Of a stretch of 64,000 nucleotides of DNA, positions 35,777 to 45,572 are shown piece after piece. How positions within the stretch are numbered: the first letter of the stretch is position 1; each line of letters begins with the position of its first letter. The notes beneath the pieces were generated by a model, which worked only from the letters and a program-made list of their open reading frames with translations, made no database searches and had not been told where the DNA came from. Where the stretch lies: assembly GCA_030523555.1 (NCBI GenBank), contig JAUNIH010000002.1, positions 7,938-71,937 on the forward strand. The letters run 5' to 3'. The translations under genes were made by a program, and so were the position numbers. The DNA comes from Erysipelotrichaceae bacterium. GTDB taxonomy: Bacteria; Bacillota_I; Bacilli_A; Erysipelotrichales; Erysipelotrichaceae.

Positions 35777-36874
35777 TTACTTACCTAACTCAATATATAA
35801 ATCTTCCAGCCATTTAGCTGTTGTCTTGACATCAAAACCGTGTTCAACGATTTCTTTCTTTGTCTTTCTTCTTAATTCCAAAGGTTTAGACATCTCCTCT
35901 ACCCATCTGTTTACATATAAAGGAATGAATCTGCATAAACCTGTAATATTCACATCATTATTAACCTTATCAGACATAATACATGATATGCCAGAAGCCT
36001 GCGCTTCTATTGCCGCTACCGATAATCCTTCAAACAAGGAAGGCATCACAAAGACATCAGCCATCTGTAAAAGACAGTTCACATCATTTCTTTTTTCTAA
36101 AATAACGATATTCTTTCCAATACCCAGTTTCTCGATCTTCTCATCAATCTTTTCTCTGTTTACCCCATTACCTACAATAAACAGTTTATCTGAAGGATTA
36201 CTCTTAAGATATTCCTTAAAGGTATCTAACATAAACACATGATTCTTCTGATCATCAAGTCTTCCTACCTGAATAAAAACTTTCTCATCTTTCAGATTAA
36301 ACTGTCTGCGGTATTTTTCTCTTATTTCATAGTTATAGGTAAACTTATCGGTATCTATTGCATTATTAAGTACAGAGAAGTTATCCTGTTTAATAACTTC
36401 TTCACCAAATAACCATCTTCCCGCCTCCAAGGAACATCCGATAAAATAATCAGCCTGTTTTCTTAACGGATACTGTAATAGAGCCTTCAAAACAGACGAT
36501 AAACCTTTACCATTAGATGTATTGTGTGAATGAATAATGGTCTTTAGACCATGCTTCTTGGCTATAGGAATATAGATAGAGGCATAGCTTCTTGAATGAG
36601 AGTGCAGCACCTTATATTCAGGATGTGTTTCAAACAGATCGTTCCACGCCTTTTTTACTTCACCTATGTTAGTAACTTTGAATGCTGGTACTTCATAAAC
36701 CTTGCATCCTAGATCTTCTACGATCTTTCTTAAACCGTCATATTCCGGATGGTCAACAATAAAATCACACTGAACATTATTATTGTTCATTGCCTTTACA
36801 AGATTAACTATCATTGCCTGAGAGCCACCAAAATTAAGGGCAGCTATCATCTCCAGAACATATACTTTTTCCAT
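35777..36874 (-). CDS. GT4 glycosyltransferase
   Basis: VFVMPSLFEGLSVAAIEAQASGISCIMSD (EX7E region). Confidence 0.85.
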   Translation of the reverse strand: MEKVYVLEMIAALNFGGSQAMIVNLVKAMNNNNVQCDFIVDHPEYDGLRKIVEDLGCKVYEVPAFKVTNIGEVKKAWNDLFETHPEYKVLHSHSRSYASIYIPIAKKHGLKTIIHSHNTSNGKGLSSVLKALLQYPLRKQADYFIGCSLEAGRWLFGEEVIKQDNFSVLNNAIDTDKFTYNYEIREKYRRQFNLKDEKVFIQVGRLDDQKNHVFMLDTFKEYLKSNPSDKLFIVGNGVNREKIDEKIEKLGIGKNIVILEKRNDVNCLLQMADVFVMPSLFEGLSVAAIEAQASGISCIMSDKVNNDVNITGLCRFIPLYVNRWVEEMSKPLELRRKTKKEIVEHGFDVKTTAKWLEDLYIELGK

Positions 36875-37959
36875 TACTTAACTTTATTTATTTCTTCAAG
36901 ATATTTATCTATTACAATCTTGCGGTCAAAATCCTTTTCAACTTTCTTTCTTCCATTAAGACCCATCTGTTTTCTTTCTTCTCTTGTCAGACCTATAAAC
37001 TTTTCAATCTTTTCTATAAGACTATCGAGATCTTTCTGTTTCACCACAAAACCATTTATACCATCATCAACTATTTCTCTGCACCCTGGTCTGTCAGTAG
37101 TGATGACAGGTCTGCCACACGCTGAAGCTTCCAACAGTACATTGGACATACCTTCAGGATAGTATGTAGGATGAATCAGACAGTCAATACTGTCATATAT
37201 CTCAACCATATTATCAACAAGCCCATGAAACACAAGAATCCCATCACTGATAAGTTTTTCTGTTTTCTCACGGTAATCATCTTCATAAGCTCCGCATATA
37301 TGGAATACAGTATTCGGATATTTTTCTTTGATAATCTTTGCCGCATCAATATATAATCCATATCCTTTTTCCGCCATCATTCTTCCTACATAGACAAACT
37401 CTATAGAATCACGGTCCGGATATTCAGATACAACATACTGATTCACATTCACTCCAGACCCAGGTAAAAGATCATAATTGTCTTTTACAACCTTCTTTTC
37501 AATCATGAAGTCTCTGTTGGCTTCATTCTGAAAGAAAACCTTCTGCGCTTTTCTGATACCCAGTTTATACAGATTAACTGTAATAAACTGCAGTATTCCA
37601 CCATTTTCAACTGCTGAACCTAAACCGGTAATATTAACAACATAAGGAACCTTCTTTAACTGAGCCGCCATACCGCCATAGACATTAGGTTTAATGGTAT
37701 ATGTCAGAACGATATCCGGTTTTACTTCATCTATGATTTCTTTATATCTTTTCATCAGTTTAAGATCTGTTACAGGATTGGTGCCTCTTCTTTCAATCGG
37801 TGTTTCAATAATCTTTACCCCGATTTCTTCAATCTGCGGATTGAACTCCCCATCTGGTAAAGACGCAAAAACCTCGTGATTTTTCACGAGTTCCTGCAGT
37901 ACTTCTTTTCTGAATTTATATAAACCCACACAGCTGTTGGCTAAAATAAGTACTCTCAT
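36874..37959 (-). CDS. GT4 glycosyltransferase
   Basis: MRVLILANSCVGLYKFRKE...LIHPTYYPEGMSNVLLEASACGRPVITTDRPGCRE. Confidence 0.85.
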   Translation of the reverse strand: MRVLILANSCVGLYKFRKEVLQELVKNHEVFASLPDGEFNPQIEEIGVKIIETPIERRGTNPVTDLKLMKRYKEIIDEVKPDIVLTYTIKPNVYGGMAAQLKKVPYVVNITGLGSAVENGGILQFITVNLYKLGIRKAQKVFFQNEANRDFMIEKKVVKDNYDLLPGSGVNVNQYVVSEYPDRDSIEFVYVGRMMAEKGYGLYIDAAKIIKEKYPNTVFHICGAYEDDYREKTEKLISDGILVFHGLVDNMVEIYDSIDCLIHPTYYPEGMSNVLLEASACGRPVITTDRPGCREIVDDGINGFVVKQKDLDSLIEKIEKFIGLTREERKQMGLNGRKKVEKDFDRKIVIDKYLEEINKVK

Positions 37960-37966
37960 TTAACCT

Positions 37967-38563
37967 CTATTTTATTTTCTTAGCTGGAACACCAACATAT
38001 GTTCCTGGCTCGTTTATATCATCTATGACAACTGTGCCCGAACCGATCATACAGTCATTAGAGATAGACAGATTATTATTGACAATAGCGCCAGCCCCAA
38101 CCCAGGTCCTATCACCTATGGTACACGTACCTGCCACATGAGCACCGACTGATACATGAACATATTTACCGATAACGCAGTCATGATCTACAGATGCACA
38201 GGTATTCACAATTGAACCTTCACCAATAACGGCACACGAATTAACTACTGCGCCTGCCATCAGTACACAACCAGAGCCAATAACGGCTTTTTTAGATACA
38301 GTGGCATTCGGATGAATAAGCGTAACACATTCTCTTTTCTTCATGAATCTTTCTCTGGTTACAGGATTACCAATCGCAATGAAAACATCGCCCTCATAAT
38401 CACTTATAAGATCAGTCTTTCCGATAACGGGATATCCGACACATTCTTTGATTGATTCATCATCATCACAGAATTCAATAACTTTATAACCATTCAATTC
38501 TGCAATATCAGCAGCCACCTTACCATGTCCATTGGCACCGGCTATGAGTATTTTCTTATTCAA
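37967..38563 (-). CDS. NeuD/PglD-family sugar N-acetyltransferase (left-handed beta-helix)
   Basis: N-terminal KILIAGANGHGK followed by hexapeptide repeats. TTG start sits behind an AAAGGTG SD. Confidence 0.8.
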   Translation of the reverse strand: MNKKILIAGANGHGKVAADIAELNGYKVIEFCDDDESIKECVGYPVIGKTDLISDYEGDVFIAIGNPVTRERFMKKRECVTLIHPNATVSKKAVIGSGCVLMAGAVVNSCAVIGEGSIVNTCASVDHDCVIGKYVHVSVGAHVAGTCTIGDRTWVGAGAIVNNNLSISNDCMIGSGTVVIDDINEPGTYVGVPAKKIK

Positions 38564-38600
38564 AATCTACACCTTTCTTATATCTGATAAAAATCATCAG

Positions 38601-39794
38601 TTACTTTCCAAAGCAGGACTTGATTATTTCTATAACAATATCCTGTTCTTCGTCAGTCATCTTGATATCACAAGGTAAACACAAACCTCGATCAAAGATA
38701 TCAGCCGATACATCTTCATTAAGTTTAATGAAATCATTTTCCGCATAGATAGGCTGCATATGCATAGGCTTCCAGATTGGTCTAGATTCAACGTTATATG
38801 ACTCTAAAGTTTCTCTGATATGGTCTGGACAAGACTTACCCGGTACAACAGTATAAGTACCTTCATGGTCAGTTCTGTTGTGTTCACACATTGCATCCTT
38901 ATCAATCAGGATGCAACTTAACCAGAATATAGGTTTAGAACAGTCAAGATATGGATTCATGCTTAATGGAAGATCCTTTAAACCTTCCCTGTAACGGTCA
39001 TATATTTCTTTCTTGCGGGCAATATGTTCTTCAAGATGTAACATCTGGCCTCTACCAATGCCCGCAACAATATTGGACATACGATAGTTATATCCAAGTT
39101 CAGTGTGCTGATACCATGGTGCAGCATCTCTTGCCTGAGTGGACCATTTTCTGGCCTTATTTACCGCATCTAAGTCATCTGACAACATCATTCCACCACC
39201 GGAAGTAGTGATAATCTTATTACCGTTAAATGATACAGAGTTGTATGTACCAAAAGTTCCGGTCATCTGTCCCTTATAGGATGCGCCTAAAGATTCAGCC
39301 GCATCTTCGATTAATATTGCGCCGTGTTCATCACAGATTTTTCTTATTTCATCTAACTTACTAGGTGTTCCATAAAGATTAACTGTAATAACACACTTGC
39401 ATTCAGGGTATTTTTCAAAAGCTTTCTTTAAAGCTTCTGGATCCATATTCCAGGTATCTCTTTCTGAATCAATAAAGACGAGCTTTCCTTTTTCATACAT
39501 TACAGGGTTAACTGTCGCATCAAAAGTCAATGTCTGGGCAAAGACTACATCTCCCTGTTTTACACCAGCCAGTTTAATGGCGAGATGTAAAGCTGCCGTA
39601 CCGGAAGCCAGGGCAACAGATCCTTTAGCGCCTACAAACTCACTGACACCCTTTTCCAGCTGATTGATATTTTCACCAACAGTTGTAACCCAGTTTGTAT
39701 CAAATGCCTCTTTGATAAACGCCTGTTCTTCCCCATGCATCGTAGCAGAAGATAACAGGACTCTTTTTTCAAAACGTTTCAGTTCCATAATCAC
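38601..39794 (-). CDS. DegT/DnrJ/EryC1-family PLP sugar aminotransferase (PglE/EpsN-like)
   Basis: GTAALHLAIKLAGV...IEDAAESLGA...SFNGNKIITTSGGG (catalytic Lys). Confidence 0.88.
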   Translation of the reverse strand: MIMELKRFEKRVLLSSATMHGEEQAFIKEAFDTNWVTTVGENINQLEKGVSEFVGAKGSVALASGTAALHLAIKLAGVKQGDVVFAQTLTFDATVNPVMYEKGKLVFIDSERDTWNMDPEALKKAFEKYPECKCVITVNLYGTPSKLDEIRKICDEHGAILIEDAAESLGASYKGQMTGTFGTYNSVSFNGNKIITTSGGGMMLSDDLDAVNKARKWSTQARDAAPWYQHTELGYNYRMSNIVAGIGRGQMLHLEEHIARKKEIYDRYREGLKDLPLSMNPYLDCSKPIFWLSCILIDKDAMCEHNRTDHEGTYTVVPGKSCPDHIRETLESYNVESRPIWKPMHMQPIYAENDFIKLNEDVSADIFDRGLCLPCDIKMTDEEQDIVIEIIKSCFGK

Positions 39795-41731
39795 GCCTCT
39801 TTTCTTTTATATGTCGGAACAATCTTTTCCACATAATCATAAATAAGATCTTCACGGTTATCATAAGATACATCGTGAATATCCTTAAGATTGTTTAAGA
39901 ATTTATCAATATCAATATCTAATGGCTGTCCCACAAAGATCAGATCATTATCAGTCTTCATATTTCCCTCGGCAGCCATCAGTTTTTCTTCATAAAGTTT
40001 TTCACCAGGTCTTAAACCGGTATATTCGATTTTTATATCTTCATCAGGTTTTAAACCGGACAGTTTGATAAGGTTTCTTGCCAAAGTATCAATCTTGACC
40101 GGTTCACCCATATCAAGGATAAAGATTTCGCCACCCTTGGCATAGACACCAGCCTGTAGGACAAGACTTACAGCTTCTGGAATCGTCATAAAGTAACGGA
40201 TGATATCAGGATGAGTAACAGTTACAGGACCACCGGCTTCAATCTGTTTCTTGAATAAAGGAATAACCGAACCATTAGATCCTAAGACATTGCCGAATCT
40301 TACGGCTACAAATTCTGTCTGATTCATCAGTTTATCTGTAGCTGTTTCCGAGAAGCAGTTTTCCACAACCGACAGCTTATCAGTTTCTCCACTCTTTTCC
40401 AGTTTTTCAAATGTCTGGATAATCATTTCACACATTCTCTTGGTAGCACCCATGACATTAGTTGGATTGACTGCCTTATCTGTAGATATCAAGACAAATC
40501 TCTTTGTACCATACTTAACCGCCGCATAAGCAGTTTTAAATGTACCAATCGCATTATTCTTAATTGCCTCACATGGTGAGTTTTCCATCAAAGGAACGTG
40601 TTTATGTGCTGCCGCATGATAGACAATTTCCGGTCTGTACTTATCAAAGACATAATCAACTCTCTTTGAATCTCTTACAGATCCAATCAGCACTACTAGA
40701 TTTAATTCAGGATGATTTCTCTTTAATTCCTGTTCAATATCGTAGGCGTTGTTTTCGTAGATATCAAAGATGATGAGCTGTTTAGGATGATGGGAAGCGA
40801 TCTGCCTGCATAATTCAGAACCGATAGATCCACCGCCTCCAGTAACCATAACAACTTTATCATTAATGAAGTTGAATATTTCTTCCGTATTTACCTTAAC
40901 GACATCTCTACCCAGCAAATCTTCAATCGCAACACTCTTTAACATACTTACAGAGACATCACCTCTTACCAGCTGCTGAATACCTGGCAGTACTTTTATT
41001 TCACAGTCTGTTTCTCTACAGATGTTTAATATATCTCTTTTCTGTGTACCTGTAGATGAAGGAATAGCGTAGACAATTTTGGATACATTATATTTTTCTA
41101 CATTCTCCAGAATATCATCTCTTGATCCCACTACCGGTACACCTTCAATGAATCTGCCTATCTTGTTGGTATTATCATCGATGATACATACAACCTTGGA
41201 TGTTGAATCAAGATTCTTATTGATATCTCTTAAGATTGTCATACCGGCATCACCGGCACCAATCAGCATAACATTATCAGTATTCCTACTATTGCGTTTA
41301 CCATTCTTTATCAGTAAACCAAAACGGTATACAAATCTGATAGCTACCGCAAATATCAGCTGCATTATATATCCAATCAGATGATATGAATAAGGCATTC
41401 TCGCACCGAAGATACGGGTAATGACATAGTTCAGAACACCGCACACTGTGGTGGCGATTAATATATTTCTTAATTCATGATAGCTCGCAAAACGCCATAC
41501 ACTTCGATAGAGATTAAAGAACCAGTATACTGCTACGCTTAGTAACGCAAATGGAATGATGTACTTATAGTAAACCAATAGATATGGTTCAGGAATCTGG
41601 GTAAAATGAAAATCAAATCTTAACAGCAGTCCGAAAAGATAAGAAAAACATATCGTTATAACATCATATATTCCAACAAATAAAGCTATTATCTGCCAGT
41701 GCTCAAAATGAAAAGGCTGAGTCTTACTCAT
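39791..41731 (-). CDS. Membrane-anchored UDP-GlcNAc 4,6-dehydratase (CapD/PglF/EpsC type)
   Basis: 4 N-terminal TM segments. VMVTGGGGSIGSELCRQ...YHAAAHKHVPLME...ISTDKAVNPTNVMGATKR. Confidence 0.88.
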   Translation of the reverse strand: MSKTQPFHFEHWQIIALFVGIYDVITICFSYLFGLLLRFDFHFTQIPEPYLLVYYKYIIPFALLSVAVYWFFNLYRSVWRFASYHELRNILIATTVCGVLNYVITRIFGARMPYSYHLIGYIMQLIFAVAIRFVYRFGLLIKNGKRNSRNTDNVMLIGAGDAGMTILRDINKNLDSTSKVVCIIDDNTNKIGRFIEGVPVVGSRDDILENVEKYNVSKIVYAIPSSTGTQKRDILNICRETDCEIKVLPGIQQLVRGDVSVSMLKSVAIEDLLGRDVVKVNTEEIFNFINDKVVMVTGGGGSIGSELCRQIASHHPKQLIIFDIYENNAYDIEQELKRNHPELNLVVLIGSVRDSKRVDYVFDKYRPEIVYHAAAHKHVPLMENSPCEAIKNNAIGTFKTAYAAVKYGTKRFVLISTDKAVNPTNVMGATKRMCEMIIQTFEKLEKSGETDKLSVVENCFSETATDKLMNQTEFVAVRFGNVLGSNGSVIPLFKKQIEAGGPVTVTHPDIIRYFMTIPEAVSLVLQAGVYAKGGEIFILDMGEPVKIDTLARNLIKLSGLKPDEDIKIEYTGLRPGEKLYEEKLMAAEGNMKTDNDLIFVGQPLDIDIDKFLNNLKDIHDVSYDNREDLIYDYVEKIVPTYKRKEA

Positions 41732-41777
41732 GTCTTTATTTTACTATAAATATTTAAGATAAGTTCTTTAAAATATA

Positions 41778-42527
41778 TTATTTGAAACTTACCACATTCT
41801 TATCAAAGTCATATAAATCTTCATTGCCTGACATGATAACCTTTTTGGCTTCCTCAAATCCCAGATTCATAAAGAGATCTACGGCTGAAAGATAAGCTAC
41901 AAATTCTTCAGATCTTCTTTGAGGATATTCAGGATGATGATAATCATTAAAGACTACCCCAACACCCGCATCTTCAAATGACTGCATATTCAGATAATCT
42001 CTGCCACTTGGTCCTGAGATATAATAATCAGCACCAACACACTTGGAGATATTAAGGTTAAGATCACTCTTGAATCCTCCACCATAATCAATCTCACTTG
42101 ATCTGATATATTCAGGATGAATATCCAACGCATTACAGAATTCCTTAATCATCGCAATATTGATTTCACAGAAATAAGGAGTATCAATATTGATACATCT
42201 TTCAATGATAGGATATACATCATTGAAATAAGGATACTTACTGTAACAGTAGGTTATAGTTCTTAAATATTCCTTCTTCCAGTTTTTAGTATTACCTTCC
42301 GCAACAATAGTTGTTGTCGCAATGGTATTCTGTTCAATATTTTTCTTGTTTACAGGAATTCCGATCCACTGAGGCTGACCATTGGTACCCATAATCTTAT
42401 TACGGTTCTGGAAATAGTTCTTTTCATACTGAACGCTGTCCAGAATGACAAACTTTTCCGCTTTAGCTATCTTATTGAACAATCCCAGCCAAGGTAAATG
42501 TTCAGGCTGATGTATAGTAATAATCAT
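41778..42527 (-). CDS. WbqC-family protein (function unknown)
   Basis: MIITIHQPEHLPWLGLFNKI...VILDSVQYEKNYFQNRNKI matches WbqC-like proteins by recollection. Confidence 0.7.
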   Translation of the reverse strand: MIITIHQPEHLPWLGLFNKIAKAEKFVILDSVQYEKNYFQNRNKIMGTNGQPQWIGIPVNKKNIEQNTIATTTIVAEGNTKNWKKEYLRTITYCYSKYPYFNDVYPIIERCINIDTPYFCEINIAMIKEFCNALDIHPEYIRSSEIDYGGGFKSDLNLNISKCVGADYYISGPSGRDYLNMQSFEDAGVGVVFNDYHHPEYPQRRSEEFVAYLSAVDLFMNLGFEEAKKVIMSGNEDLYDFDKNVVSFK

Positions 42528-42530
42528 AAA

Positions 42531-43193
42531 TTACAGTTCTCCATCCTTTCCAAAAGACATTTCCATTCTTAATACTTCAAAAGCTTCCGCATATTTGGAA
42601 CCTATTTCATAACCTCTGAATCCGCATCTGCTTTCTACACCCTTAATCCAGTCTTCACCACCGAATTTATTGTATTCAGACTCATGACACTTTAAAGACG
42701 CAATCTTTGTATCAACATAGTCACTGATATCGACATACATCTGTGGTTTAAACGCTACATATGATCTTCCTGATGGTGCAATAGGTTCAAAGAAGAAAAC
42801 AGTGTTCTTTCTTCTTGCCGCAGCTATAGTAGCTTTAGATACGCCTTCATGTGCCTGATGGGTATCAAAAGGATGATGCGTAAATATCACATCAGGATTA
42901 AACTTAGACATCTCAACATCTATCGCATTAACCACATCGCTTCTGAAAGGAATATCTTTAGTTTCAAAGTCCAATATCGTAATATCTTCAATACCTAAAG
43001 TATTTAAAGCTTTTGTGCCTTCCTTAACTGCTATATCATCAGATCTCTGCATCTGACCTTCTTTATTTGTATAACCCGATTTTGACATAATCAGAACTTT
43101 AACTGTATGTCCATTGGCTACAGCTTTAGCCAGTGTACCACCACACGCCAGTTCGATATCATCAAGATGAGCTCCTACAACCATTATTTTCAT
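42531..43193 (-). CDS. PIG-L/LmbE-family N-acetylglucosaminyl deacetylase
   Basis: MKIMVVGAHLDDIELACGGT...HHPFDTHQAH. Confidence 0.85.
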   Translation of the reverse strand: MKIMVVGAHLDDIELACGGTLAKAVANGHTVKVLIMSKSGYTNKEGQMQRSDDIAVKEGTKALNTLGIEDITILDFETKDIPFRSDVVNAIDVEMSKFNPDVIFTHHPFDTHQAHEGVSKATIAAARRKNTVFFFEPIAPSGRSYVAFKPQMYVDISDYVDTKIASLKCHESEYNKFGGEDWIKGVESRCGFRGYEIGSKYAEAFEVLRMEMSFGKDGEL

Positions 43194-43215
43194 AATTGTT
43201 TACCTCTACCTGTCT

Positions 43216-43245
43216 ATTATAACATCTATCCATAGATGATATAAT
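43216..43245. promoter_or_regulatory. 30-bp near-perfect palindrome carrying two back-to-back extended -10 promoters
   Basis: ATTATAACA-TCTATCCATAGA-TGATATAAT. The minus-strand TGTTATAAT is followed by a 22-nt leader with a GAGGT SD, then ATG 43193. The plus-strand TGATATAAT is followed by 6 nt, then GTG 43252. Confidence 0.6.
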
Positions 43246-43251
43246 CAAGTC

Positions 43252-44457
43252 GTGAAACGTATTGTCGCAGTTAACGGCCTTAATTATGCCAGCACCGGAA
43301 AAATATGTCTGAATATCTCTGAAGAAGCCCGAAAAAACGGCTATGAAGTAGAGACTTTTTTCCGTAACAGTAAAGAAGGTAAAAAACATCTAGCCCCTCA
43401 TCAGCACCTTATCGGTTACTGGCTTGATAAGGTAATATCCGAAAGACTCTGCAAAATTACCGGACTTATCGGTTATTTTAACGTTATCAATACGACAATA
43501 TTCATCAATGAACTTAAAAAGATCAAACCTGATCTTATACATCTTCATTCGCTGTGTGACAGTTATCTCAATGTGAATATGCTGTTTAGGTATCTCAAGA
43601 AAGCGGATATACCTGTCATCTGGACTTTACATGACAGTTTTCCATTTACCGGAAGATGTGCTCAGAACAGATGTACCAAATGGAAGGAAGGATGCGGTAA
43701 CTGCCCACATAAAGACTATTATCCCGGAACCTTATTCTTGGATAATTCGAAACATGTCCTAAAAACCAGAAGCAAGATCTATAACGATTTAAATAGACTT
43801 ACTATAGTAACCCCATCAAAGTGGTTAGCCGAATTAACTGAAGAATCTCACTTTGGGGACCATTACCCTATTGAAGTAATAAACAATGGTATAGACCTCA
43901 GCATCTTCCATCCGGTAGAAAACAGTTTTAGAAAAGATCATAATCTTGAAGGCAAGTTTCTGATTTTAGGTTTAGCCTACTATTGGGATGAAAGTAAAGG
44001 TTTAGATGTCTTTATGGAACTTTCTAAAAGGCTTGATGAAAGATATCAGATTATTATGGTGGGAACAAATGATGAACTTGATAAACTATTATCTCCAAAC
44101 ATCATCTCAATCCATCGCACCCATTCGCAGGAGGAACTGGTAAAAATCTATTCGGCGTGTGATCTCTTTGTAAATCCGACAAGAGATGAAAACTATCCGA
44201 CTGTTCATATGGAGGCAGTTGCCTGCGGCTTACCGGTACTGACGTTTGATGTCGGGGGATGTAAGGAAATGTTAAATGAAAAGTGTGGTGACAGCGTGCC
44301 TGTCAACGACACTGAAGGACTGATAAAGAAAATTGAAGAAATCTATGAAAAAAGGCCATTCAATAAAAAAGACTGCCTTGATAAAGCACAGTCATATAAT
44401 CATGAACTCAAATATAAAGAATATGTAGATCTCTACAATAAACTGCTTAAAGACTAA
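43252..44457 (+). CDS. GT4 glycosyltransferase with a Cys-x4-Cys-x6-Cys-x2-Cys insert. It is one of only two plus-strand genes in the locus
   Basis: GTG start with no SD. FTGRCAQNRCTKWKEGCGNCPH. The GT1 C-terminal region is LFVNPTRDENYPTVHMEAVACGLPVLTFDVGG. Confidence 0.8.
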   Translation: MKRIVAVNGLNYASTGKICLNISEEARKNGYEVETFFRNSKEGKKHLAPHQHLIGYWLDKVISERLCKITGLIGYFNVINTTIFINELKKIKPDLIHLHSLCDSYLNVNMLFRYLKKADIPVIWTLHDSFPFTGRCAQNRCTKWKEGCGNCPHKDYYPGTLFLDNSKHVLKTRSKIYNDLNRLTIVTPSKWLAELTEESHFGDHYPIEVINNGIDLSIFHPVENSFRKDHNLEGKFLILGLAYYWDESKGLDVFMELSKRLDERYQIIMVGTNDELDKLLSPNIISIHRTHSQEELVKIYSACDLFVNPTRDENYPTVHMEAVACGLPVLTFDVGGCKEMLNEKCGDSVPVNDTEGLIKKIEEIYEKRPFNKKDCLDKAQSYNHELKYKEYVDLYNKLLKD

Positions 44458-45572
44458 TCTTGAAGATATAAAGCTTCAAGATTTTTTATTTCCTTATTCA
44501 TATCATAGTCTTCAATATTGCCGTAATGGTCAATATTGCAGACTGGATTAATAATCGCATCTGCCCATTTATCTTTAGATTCATCCAATGATAATCTTGT
44601 GATCTGATTACTCTGATAGGCTTCCCATGGTATCTGATCTGATGTCACACAAGGAAGGCCTGATACCTGAGCTTCAATCAGCACAATTCCAAGACCCTCA
44701 AATCTAGATGGGAAGACAAAGACATCCATCGCCTTGAACAGTTCTGGAACATCTGTCCTGTTTGTCAACATCATCACTTTATCTTCAATACCAAGATCCT
44801 TAATCTGTTTTTTAAGATCTTCTTCTAAAGATCCTCTACCCACCAGTAAAAGATAGGCGTTATCTTTCTTCTTTAAGACATCCTTAAAGACATTAACCAG
44901 GAATTCCTGATTCTTCTGATAGGCAAATCTTCCGACATTGCCCACAACATAGGCATCTACAGGAATACCGATTTCTTTTCTTATTTCTTCTTTTGCCTTG
45001 GAAATATTTCTGAACTTATTGAAATCAACCGCATTTCGAATAACAGCTGTATTATCAATTCCATGAAGTTCATTAATCTCTTTCGCCATTTCTTCATGTA
45101 AGGCGATAATCTGAAGATTATTATTCTTCAATAGATACTTACACGCATCTCTTTCAAGCGGTCTTTTATCACCAATCAGCATCTCCGGTGGATTATGACA
45201 GGTGAATAAAAGCTTGACTTCTTCAAAAGAGGTTCTTGCGAGATAGACAAGATTGAGAAGTTCAAGATGTACATGTACGACATCAGGATTAAGTTCTTCC
45301 ATCTTATTTTTAAGTAAAGATGCCGGAAACTTGGGGCCAAGAATTCTCGCCAGTGCCCTGCACACTAACTGCATCGGATCATAGAGACATTCAATCTTTA
45401 CATTATTTTCGATTAAAGTCTTATAGACATTTGATGACTTCTTATAGTCAAGGCACATTACTGTCACATCAAAAAGATCTTTATCCAGCAATAAAGCGTA
45501 ATCTTTGACTAAAGTTTCAGCCCCTCCATCCTGGATACGGCCGATAAATTCTATAAGTTTTTTCTTAGGCAT
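44454..45572 (-). CDS. GT4 glycosyltransferase
   Basis: VFVFPSRFEGLGIVLIEAQVSGLPCVTSD. Its stop codon overlaps the stop of the convergent plus-strand gene. Confidence 0.85.
   Translation of the reverse strand: MPKKKLIEFIGRIQDGGAETLVKDYALLLDKDLFDVTVMCLDYKKSSNVYKTLIENNVKIECLYDPMQLVCRALARILGPKFPASLLKNKMEELNPDVVHVHLELLNLVYLARTSFEEVKLLFTCHNPPEMLIGDKRPLERDACKYLLKNNNLQIIALHEEMAKEINELHGIDNTAVIRNAVDFNKFRNISKAKEEIRKEIGIPVDAYVVGNVGRFAYQKNQEFLVNVFKDVLKKKDNAYLLLVGRGSLEEDLKKQIKDLGIEDKVMMLTNRTDVPELFKAMDVFVFPSRFEGLGIVLIEAQVSGLPCVTSDQIPWEAYQSNQITRLSLDESKDKWADAIINPVCNIDHYGNIEDYDMNKEIKNLEALYLQD

Noticed and set aside
43162-43389. 75-aa minus-strand ORF spanning the divergent promoter region
   Set aside because: It overlaps both the PIG-L gene start and the plus-strand GT gene and runs through the palindromic promoter. 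It has no SD.
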